DNA of 64,000 nt from assembly GCF_000181795.1 (NCBI RefSeq), contig NW_003526944.1:2407434-2471433 (forward strand), read 5' to 3'. Each line of letters begins with the position of its first letter. The first letter of the stretch is position 1. The translations under genes and the position numbers were made by a program. The notes beneath the pieces are model-generated. The model was not told the DNA's origin and searched no databases. It saw only the letters and a program-made list of their open reading frames with translations. The DNA comes from Trichinella spiralis (lineage: Eukaryota). Below, one piece after another: positions 13,701 to 23,270 of this stretch.

Positions 13701-16700
13701 ACTAGAGTCTAACTGGATAATAACACCTAGTCTTGGAGCGCCGTCCCAAATTAGTGTTCATATTCACCCTATGCAAATATATATGCATTTACAGGTCTAC
13801 AAACTTAGTCTATAATAATTTGATGCTGAACTATGCCGTCGGCAATTTGGTGAAAGTACTTTACGTCATTCAAATCCTAAAGCGATTCGTAATGTGTAAA
13901 GTGTAGTGTATTATTTGTAGGCGATTATTATATGAGCATTCACTAATGAAGAACGTTCTCTCTACAGCGGTGCGGAATTTCCTCATTCATGGTGCATCAC
14001 TTCAACAAATACTAGCATAAATTTCAAATTATAAAAGCCCTACCTCTCCTTCATCCTACCAACGTGTTTGCTATCAGGTAAGACGGTTTACATATTTACT
14101 GTTTAGTTTTCTTTCTTTCTCTCTTAATCACACAATATAAAATATTTCCAACTCTTGCTACATTTTAAATTTGCAAATTCAAACTACAATTTCCTCATGT
14201 GTAATGATGTTCATGAAACAGACGAAATTTCATTAGATCATTTTTTGAATTTACATTAGTGACAACTGAGAAATTAAAGAAAACCCTGTAAAGTAAATAT
14301 AATCGAAAGATTCTCAGTTTACAACACATTTTAAAGCAAAAGAATAACATCAAAAGTGCTTTTGTTTGTGATGAAGCATATGACTTATTGAAGTTAGAAT
14401 TAGCAACAAATCCAAATCAAAATTTAATTAAGTTTTATAATTTGGAAAAATACATTGTTTTCTTGTAAATGTAGCATCTCGACGTTTTTGAAAATTCTGC
14501 ATTTTGTGAATTTTAACCAAGTCTCTTAGCAAACAATGCCCATTGGGTTTTCTTATCTATGAGGAAAATTTTCCTTGTTTTTTGTATTTTTCATTTAATT
14601 ATTTTTGGTCAGATTAATATTATGCATGTGAAATTGTACGGTGCAATGAAAGTTAGATGTTCCTGTTGTTTTCATGATTTCAGCTTAACAGGTATTCAAG
14701 GGATTTTAGTACAAACAAATTTGCATACTAATGCGTTTTCATGTTAGCGTAAGTCATATTATGAAGTGTGTAAATAAAAATGTAACACCGTTCAATATTT
14801 AATAAAATTCTGCTCTGCGTTTATGTCAATAAGCTTAGTTACTGATGGAAAATTAGGATAGCTTCCAGAGGCAAAGCAGCAACTTATTAAATAATGAGCT
14901 ATCTTGCAAATGTATTTTTCAGAGACTGATAATTGAATAGAGTATTTTCCGGAAATTTTCATTCATAAATTGAAATTACTGGTTCAGCTACATTTTTAGA
15001 GATGTTTCAAGTTATTTTTTGAATGAAATGTATTATATCATAATATGGTGCATAATTTACGTTTAGCTCACACTACAGGGACTTCTTGAAATGAAATGCA
15101 TAGGTAGAAAGGGAGTTCTTTTTTATCTTCATGCTTCTAGGATTTTCGTGCGATTCTGCATTACTCTGCAACGACAGACTTATCAATGATAGATAATATT
15201 CATGAAGTCACTGAATCACGATATAAAGCTTATTCTTGATAGTTCTCACAAGGGCTAGTGTATCATCGTATTGAAGGAACAATGGGATCTTTACCACGTT
15301 GTTTGTTATACTCCCTGTTATACAAACTGCTGTTGTCACAGACCTGACTGATACCCCAGTAGTTTCTATATTGTTGATCAAAGCTTTTGTTTTTGTGCGC
15401 TTCAGCAGGCATTTCCACCCTCGAATATTCAAACTATAATCAGTACTATCATTTGCATCACCCTTGAAAATGAACCTTGAATCAAGCTAGCACAAATAAA
15501 AGTGCATGCTTTCTATCATTTAGGACCCGACTTTAGCTCCCCAGTTATTGAGTTTATTGATAAATTGAAGCCAACCCTTGATTATAAAACGTGAAGGTTG
15601 GATGAATGAAAACCATTTATTTTCAACAACCTCACTTCCTCCATCGCACCACTTCTCCCTTATTCCTTTCCCGCATCCTTTATTGTCTGTCTCTCTCTCC
15701 CCCAATAAACGCGATTTATTACTCTGCTGTAGAAGGCACCAAGTAGAATATAAATTATGCTCTTCCGTTGAGCAGAGAGCACTTACTCATGGGGGCTTGG
15801 GATGAATATTACTGTTGTTTTCTCTGAATATCATCTATTGGAAATGCATACTGATCGTACTAAATGTTGAATGTCACCAGCTCTTGAGGTTGCCTCCATT
15901 TTTCTGAGATGACGAAGTAACTGAAACACTCCTGCATTTATTTTTTACATGTGCGCAAACAGCTGCTGCTATCCTTTAGCGTTCTCAACTATTCAAATTC
16001 TTCCTTTCCAGTTCACAGTCCGGCAATGAGAACATTTCTTTACAAACGTTGAAATATCACTTGCAATCAAGATTTCCGTTTCTATCTGTGAATGAATTCA
16101 TTCCTTCTATATGTGACTCTGTCCATTTTCCAGCTCCAACGTGTTAAACTGCACTATATGAATCACAATATGAAAATCTGTAAATATAACAATTTATCTG
16201 TATGTTCCAATTCATTTTACCAAGGCGTGCAGCTCATACGTTATTCTAGGAAATGATTGCGGTGTAATGACTGAGTAGTTCATAGTTTTTTCTTTTTATG
16301 GGCATTGTTATCTATTGATGATTATAGAACATAAATTTGTTTTATAATTGTGTACATGATTGAATTATTTATTTTTTTTTAATTTTTACATGTGTATTAC
16401 TTGTCATTCATTGTAATTGTCATCTGTTACAGCAATTTTTAATTCATCGAAACAAAAAATGTATACTTCTTTAGACATTTAAATCTGCTTGCTTTGTTTA
16501 GAATTGGCATTTAATAATAATTTCTGTGGTAATGTTTACAATAAAATTTCATTAATGTTATTTAATGTTTTATAAATCTCACAATTGTTTTTATTCTTTA
16601 TATATCTTTTATTATAAAAGAAACATTATTTGTCCAGTGTAATTTATTATATCATGTCTTACTTTGAAATAGTTAAATTTCAACAAAGCAATACTATTTC

Positions 16701-17926
16701 TGGTTATTTTTAGTAATTTTCAATGCTTCAGGTTAATAGATTTTCATTTCATCTAATTTTAACAAAGTAAATTTACAAAATTTGCATAATAATGCCATTT
16801 TACTTAGTAATAAGCAGTGTGTAAATAAAAACGTAATTCGAGTGATATTCGGTTATTCGAGTGATATACTTTGTTTGTTCTTGTCCAACGTTCAAGCAAG
16901 TAAATTCAGCAACGCAGTAATAGCATTTCCGGTTATTTTTAGTGAGTTGCAATGCTTCAGGTTAATAAGTGTTCGTTTCATCTAATTTTAACAAAAGAAA
17001 TTTGCATAATAGTGCTATTTTACTTAATAATGTGCAGTGAGTAAATAAAAACGTAATAAATTTCATCATGTTATTAAATAAAATTGTTCGCTATATTCAT
17101 TTTACTGTGCTATTACTGCATTCAAATTAGGTTGTTCCACCGCAGACAAAGTGGTTTATTATTTGCATAGTTTACTCAGCGTTATATGTTTAATCAGAGT
17201 ACTTTGTACACATTCCGTTATTCACTTTATGGCTATGGCAGCACGAAGGGGATCAACTATAATTCCGCTCTTCAGTGCTATCAGTGAATATTAGGTAAGT
17301 TATATTATGCATAGTGGTGGTGTTATGTCATGCATGCCATTTGTATTACTCTACTAATATGGTGATTGGGAACTAAAGGGTGTCTGTGACTGTATTATTT
17401 TTTCTAAATTTTAGCTACCTCAGATGCTGAGGACAGAGAAGTACGTATTACTGTTTTTTATTTTGAGATGTCTACACTAATAAAATTCACTTTTAGAAAT
17501 TCACGTCATATCACGTTTAGATCAAGTATTATTTAACAGCTATATTATAAAAAGTAAGTGAAGATGGTCAGTCACTCATCGTAATAATTCTGAAAAGTAT
17601 TTTTGATTATTTGTAATGCGTTTTTTTAGATTCGGGTATTTTGCTGAGTTGATTTTGAGGCAGACGTGATCACATGATATAATCCATTGATTCAACAAAC
17701 GATAACAAGCGATAAAGTAGTCTTCAAATCAGCTCTGCCAAGCATACATTGCAGCATACGCTCGAAAACTCAGCTCGATCGACGCAGCCCTTAGACCCAA
17801 TTCCTTGTTCTGAAGTTACGGATCCATTTTGCCGACTTTACTTACTTACATTCTTCAGAAGCTTCTGAAATTTCTTCATACTTCATGCCATTTTGAAAAC
17901 TACAAATGGCATATTTCGTTACATGA
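13701..17926 (+). repeat. Left arm of a ~4.2-kb inverted repeat
   Basis: Reverse complement of 23271-27523 (13701 actagagtctaactggataataacacctagtc vs the 27523 end); mirrored ORFs 15578-15805(+)/25415-25642(-) and 14559-14747(+)/26473-26661(-). Confidence 0.97.
16695..17057 (+). repeat. ~140-bp direct duplication inside the left arm (16695-16837 ~ 16925-17057)
   Basis: ggttatttttagt...caatgcttcaggttaata...catctaattttaacaaa...gtaaataaaaacgtaat occurs twice here but once in the right arm. Confidence 0.8.
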
Positions 17927-18830
17927 AAATTGGTTTGTAGAGATTTTATTTCATGATATCTTCAGTTGTAGTCTTTAGTATTGGAAAGGAAGGCTAATTA
18001 ATTGCGTGTCGATGTCACTTCATATTGGTTCCTTCTTGGAAAGAGGCGCTTCCTGGAAGTCTTCCTATGGCTCAGCATAACTCAGAGTAAGATAATTTTT
18101 TTCTATTTTAGCATTGGAAAAGTTGAAAAGAAACTGTGTACCGTCGCCTTACATCCTGTTATTGCTGGAGTTCGACTAAGCATCCAGGGATTCCCAAAGC
18201 AGAGTATAATGAAAATGGTAAAGTACTGTAGATTACATCATCGATTGAAATAGTTAACGTAAAGAGTAGTATTACGAAGGGTAAAAGGAAATTCATGATT
18301 TTGTAGTTTCGTTTTGTATTGGCCATGAAGTCTACACAGGCGGTGTTGATTATTACAAAGTAGGAATCTACTCGAATGCGTAAAAGTTAGGATTAGTCAC
18401 GTTCTGCACTGAAGAAAATAGCTAAGAGTCTGAAAGGTAAGAAAATGAGACCTGTCTGGACTTGGAAATGAAAACCATGAAATGTTACAGAAGTAAGCTT
18501 TTCAGTTTTTTTTGCAAAAATAAGAAATGAGATGCACTGTTATTCGTCTTCAATTACTTTTTATATGGCTATTTAATCAATTGGAAGATGCTTTAACCCA
18601 CTCAGCCCTTTAGTGTTCGTTTGGAAAGATTTTCTCACGTTAACCGTGAATTACGTCATTGCTCAGTTGTCTCAGATGAAGTTACCCAGTTTGACTTCGT
18701 GCATTTTAATCTGGTATGCATTTTACTTATGTAATGTAGCAATGTAGGATTTCCATTTTGTCATTGCTTTGTGCAGTTATCCACAAGCAGTAGTAATCTC
18801 AGTTTCCATACAAATGTTTTTCCTGATTTC

Positions 18831-19165
18831 GCAGGTAAGTATTCAAAATTTTGTTTTTAGATTTTAGAAATTTAAGTTTTTTTTTAGAAATCTTAGAAAG
18901 TTTTTAGATTTTATAGATTTTTTTAGTTTTTAGAAATTGTTTTTAGATTTTTCATCCACACTGGAAATATTTACGCTAAGTATAAAGCAACGAAGTAAGA
19001 TCACAGGTAAGTATAAATGCAGATTTCAGGTAAGTTTCAGGTAGTGTTCAGATTTACAGGTAAGTGGGAAGTATAAAGGTAAATTACAGGTAAATGGAAG
19101 AAAAGACAGGTAAGTAGGAAGGACACTGGTAAGTGTTACAAAAAGTACACAGTATTAGGTAAGTA
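18831..19165 (+). repeat. Low-complexity TTTTTAG array followed by a (C)AGGTAAGT array
   Basis: About ten TnAG units at 18853-18947; caggtaagt at ~18832, 19004, 19027, 19057, 19107 plus variants at ~19038, 19087, 19128, 19157. Confidence 0.8.
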
Positions 19166-19220
19166 GAGTTCCAGGGAGTGTATAAAGTATGGTCATACTC
19201 ATGCATGGTTATTACACATT

Positions 19221-19628
19221 TCCCCCTCAGGGAAGATTTATGCAAATTTTTTTATGCCCTCAGGCTACGCCTCGGGCTATGCCTCAGGCATTTTTTCAAA
19301 AATTTTCGATTTTTCAAGAATTTAGCCCCAGGCGTTGCCTGAGGCTATGCCCCAGGGCGTAAAAAATTTGCATATTCCCCCCAGGCTACGCCCCAGGCAT
19401 TTTATTGCACAATATTTGCCTTCAGGGAGTATTTATGCAAATTTTTTTATCGCCTGGGGGGAATATGCAGATTTTTTATGCCCTCATGCTACGCCTCGGG
19501 CTATGCCTCAGGCATTTTTTCTAAAATTATCGATTTTTCACAAATTTATCCCCAGGCGCTGCCCGAGGCCAAGCCCCCGGGAAAAAAAAATTTGCAATTC
19601 CCCCGGTCATTCCCCCGGCCTTTTATTG
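19221..19628. repeat. ~224-bp tandem satellite with internal palindromes (GCCYNRGGC motifs), left part
   Basis: tttttatgccctca(g/t)gctacgcctcgggctatgcctcaggcatttttt recurs at ~19250 and ~19473; runs into the N gap 19629-19638. Confidence 0.9.
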
Positions 19629-19638
19629 NNNNNNNNNN

Positions 19639-20784
19639 GAAAAAATTCAACCTGGGAAATCTTGCGAGAAGAATTTTAGCCCTTTTATTAATTGAAAAGA
19701 ATAAGCCACACAATGTGCATTTCGTGCAGTGCGCTGACAAAAAATATACATACGCAAAAAGCACGTAAGCCAAACTGTACAGCAACTAGGACTTCCAAAC
19801 TGCTTACTAATGAGATAATTTATTGCTATCAACAAAATCTTTCTAAAATAAAAAACAGTAGTGCTCTGAAAGGAAAAACGCATCTTGAAATTGAAACAAC
19901 CATATGAAAGTAATTGACCGGTACTATTAAGTATATTAATATGAAGAAAAGAAATTACTTGCAAGTCACATTATTCCATGGCCAGCATTTGAAGTTCTCT
20001 TAAAAAAGACATTTTCAGCATAGTTCAGGAATCTAACAGTTACGCATTACATTCAAATAAACATTCTAAGACATGAATGCCTACATTGCATCTTCAACCA
20101 ACACGAAACCACTTGCGAACGTAAAACCGTATTTAGAACGTTAATATACACGTTCATATGCTACACTTAACGAACAGGTATGCATAGCATCATGTAATTA
20201 AATTAGTAAACGTTGAACATGATGACGACCGTCGGCGGTAACGTATCGAATATCACCGTGCCGATGAATACTACGTATTCGAGATTGTTGCTCGACGAGC
20301 AGCATCTGTTCCAGTTGATGCTGATGAAAGTCGACAGCTTGTTGCGCGTCGAACATATCGGCGTCGAACCGATCGCCGTCGTCTACCCGACCGTAACGAC
20401 CATACGGGATGCGATCGCCGTCGCCGAGGCGAATTCGCACGAATTCGACGCCGCCGCCAATTCTCTGATCAGCAAAGTTGTCCGTATATTTTTCGACAAT
20501 TTCGTCGTCGGTGCTGACCACAACTTCTGCCTCGTCTTGATCGACATGTTCCGTTTTGTCGTGGTCGATTTGATCGTCGTCCGCGAACTGCGCTGGGTTC
20601 AACGGTCGGTACTGAACGCGTTGAACGAATGCCGGATTGAATCCCGTCCGCTTCATCTCTTTTCCATCGACTTTCTACTTCGCCATCGACTTCTGTGTCA
20701 GTGGGGATACGACGTCCAAATGGCCGCCTGGCTCGACGAACGGGGCCAGGGTCGACCGTTGCCGTTGGTCGAACAATTTGCCCA
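19639..20784 (+). repeat. Contig between two N gaps that duplicates 21421-22578
   Basis: Near-identical sequence (duplicated ORFs 19647-19964 and 21413-21742); bounded by gaps 19629-19638 and 20785-20794. Confidence 0.9.
20219..20784 (+). CDS. CNOT1 (Not1) connector-region-like ORF, copy 1, open until cut by the gap
   Basis: RWVQRSVLNALNECRIESRPLHLFSIDFLLRHRLL..YDVQMAAWLD resembles CNOT1 [48 protein letters not shown]; intronless and CpG-rich. Confidence 0.7.
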
Positions 20785-20794
20785 NNNNNNNNNN

Positions 20795-21130
20795 ATGCCT
20801 CAGGCATTTTTTCAAAAATTTTCGATTTTTCAGAAATTTAGCCCCAGGCGTTGCCCGGGGCTATGCCTCAGGGCATAAAAAAATTTGCATATTCCCCCAG
20901 GCTACGCCTTAGGCATTTTATTGCACAATATTTGCCCTCAGGGAGTATTTATGCAAATTTTTTATCGCCTGGGGGTAATATGCAAATTTTTTATGCCCTC
21001 AGGCTACGCCTAGGGCTATGCCTCAGGCAATTTTTCGAAAATTTTGAAATTTTTAAAATATAGCCCCAGGCTTTGCCCTCAGGCTACGCCCCAGGGCAAA
21101 TAAAAATTTGCATATTACCCCTAGGTGAAA
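20795..21130. repeat. ~224-bp palindromic satellite, right part
   Basis: atgcctcaggca(t/a)tttttc at 20795 and ~21018; same unit and orientation as 19221-19628. Confidence 0.9.
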
Positions 21131-21139
21131 TGCCTTCAT

Positions 21140-21360
21140 GGTACTCCCTCCTTGTACACATTTTTGCCTTTTCTTACTATCTTCTACACTTACCAGTCTT
21201 ACCTGTACTCCTCCTTGCCCTTTCTTCCCATCTTCTACACTTACCTGTCTTACCTGTACAATCCTATTTACCCTTGTCATTTTCTATACTTACCAAACTT
21301 ACCTGTTCACTCCTATTCACCCTTTCTTGCCATCTTGTATACTTACCTGTATACTCTTAT
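21140..21360 (-). repeat. ACTTACCTG array (CAGGTAAGT on the minus strand), mirror of 19004-19165
   Basis: acttacc(tg)/cttacctg at ~21188, 21198, 21239, 21249, 21287, 21297, 21341. Confidence 0.8.
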
Positions 21361-22012
21361 ATCCTTCCATCTTCTACTTCACAGACAATGGAGAAAGTGC
21401 CTACGTAACTGCTCAATCTTGAAAAAATACAACCAGTGAAATCTCTGCGAGAGAATTTAACCCTTTAATAAATGAAAAGAATAAGCCACACAATGTGCAT
21501 TCGTACAGTGCACTGACAAAAAATATACATACGCAAAAGCACGTAAGCCAAACTGTACAGCAACTAGGACTTCCAAACTGCTTACTAATGAGATAATTTA
21601 TTGCTATCAACAAAATCTTTCTAAAATAAAAAACAGTAGTGCTCTGAAAGGAAAAACGCATCTTGAAATTGAAACAACCATATGAAAGTAATTGACCGGT
21701 ACTATTAAGTATATTAATATGAAGAAAAGAAATTACTTGCAAGTCACATTATTCCATGGCCAGCATTTGAAGTTCTCTTAAAAAAGACATTTTCAGCATA
21801 GTTCAGGAATCTAACAGTTACGCATTACATTCAAATAAACATTCTAAGACATGAATGCCTACATTGCATCTTCAACCAACACGAAACCACTTGCGAACGT
21901 AAAACCGTATTTAGAACGTTAATATACACGTTCATATGCTACACTTAACGAACAGGTATGCATAGCATCATGTAAACGTTAAATCATGTAAAAGCATTAG
22001 TAAACGTTGAAC

Positions 22013-23147
22013 ATGATGACGACCGTCGGCGGTAACGTATCGAATATCACCGTGCCGATGAATACTACGTATTCGAGATTGTTGCTCGACGAGCAGCATC
22101 TGTTCCAGTTGATGCTGATGAAAGTCGACAGCTTGTTGCGCGTCGAACATATCGGCGTCGAACCGATCGCCGTCGTCTACCCGACCGTAACGACCATACG
22201 GGATGCGATCGCCGTCGCCGAGGCGAATTCGCACGAATTCGACGCCGCCGCCAATTCTCTGATCAGCAAAGTTGTCCGTATATTTTTCGACAATTTCGTC
22301 GTCGGTGCTGACCACAACTTCTGCCTCGTCTTGATCGACATGTTCCGTTTTGTCGTGGTCGATTTGATCGTCGTCCGCGAACTGCGCTGGGTTCAACGGT
22401 CGGTACTGAACGCGTTGAACGAATGCCGGATTGAATCCCGTCCGCTTCAATCTCTTTTCCATCGACTTTCTACTTCGCCATCGACTTCTGTGTCCAGTGG
22501 GATACGACGTCCAAATGGCCGCCTGGCTCGACGAACGGGGCCAGGGTCGACCGTTGCCGTTGGTCGTACAATTTGCCCAACAACTGCTGCGCGTGTTTCT
22601 GATCGACAGCGGCGCCGGTACCGGCGAACAATACCAGCAACGTTTGCAAGTTGCCGCAGAAACCGACTTTTCCAACACCATCACTGCTTTGGCTAAACTG
22701 CTCGTACCGGCCGCCGTGGTCGACAAACGGGCCGCTCTGTTCGAACGGTTGCGTAACATGCCGCCGCACAGTCTGACCAACGCCATCGTCTACACGCTTC
22801 CGATGAATCTAATTTATTTACATGGTACATAACTTAATAATGAGGTTACTTTACATGTACTTCATTATGAATATGAAAGTTATCCACAAAATCTCTATAA
22901 AACAATTTTCATCATACCTCAATGGGAACCACTAGATGCCAACTCAAACTGCCATGGTGAAGTTGTATACTGATTAGATATCTCTTCTAATGTTGTAGCA
23001 TATCCTACTGCAATCACAAACATTATCGACTTATGGCACCTTCACCTAAAACAGAACGTAACACACAACGGTAACGACATCACAACTCTTCATAGCAATA
23101 ATGTAATCCACTGTTATGAATTTTGTGATGCCGTTGTAATAACCTGA
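22013..23147 (+). pseudogene. CNOT1-fragment chimeric gene, copy 2, with a +1 frameshift (~22450) and in-frame stops at 22830 and 22971
   Basis: Joining ORFs 22007-22696 and 22431-22832 restores the CNOT1-like sequence, including VVQFAQQLLRVFLID and AETDFSNTITALAKL (CNOT1 AVAFAMQLVKILLVD, TEADLFHTIETLMRI). The frame then continues ~105 codons to TGA 23145-23147, with AATAAA at ~23195. Confidence 0.7.
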
Positions 23148-23270
23148 ATATATAGTGTGAATATGTGTACAAAAATGTGAAGATAAATTTGAGAAATAAA
23201 AATTTACATGAAAAAATTGTACGTAACATTAATGCATCACTTACTTGTTACTGACAAACAAAGAAATCAA

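Noticed and set aside
15208..15805. Short ORFs conserved in both arms
   Set aside because: Conservation follows from arm identity; overlapping frames, mostly non-ATG starts and no known motif.
19221..21130. CRISPR-like array or coding ORFs in the palindromic repeats
   Set aside because: Units are tandemly repeated without unique spacers, the context is eukaryotic with no cas genes, and the ORFs are repeat translations, some crossing N gaps.
21968..22786. 272-aa minus-strand ORF (and 20198-20656)
   Set aside because: Antisense shadow of the CpG-rich CNOT1-like frame; no recognisable motifs.
20213..22832. Bacterial or viral horizontal transfer suggested by high GC
   Set aside because: The protein resembles eukaryotic CNOT1, and some native exons in the window (Ig/FN3 gene) are also fairly CG-rich.
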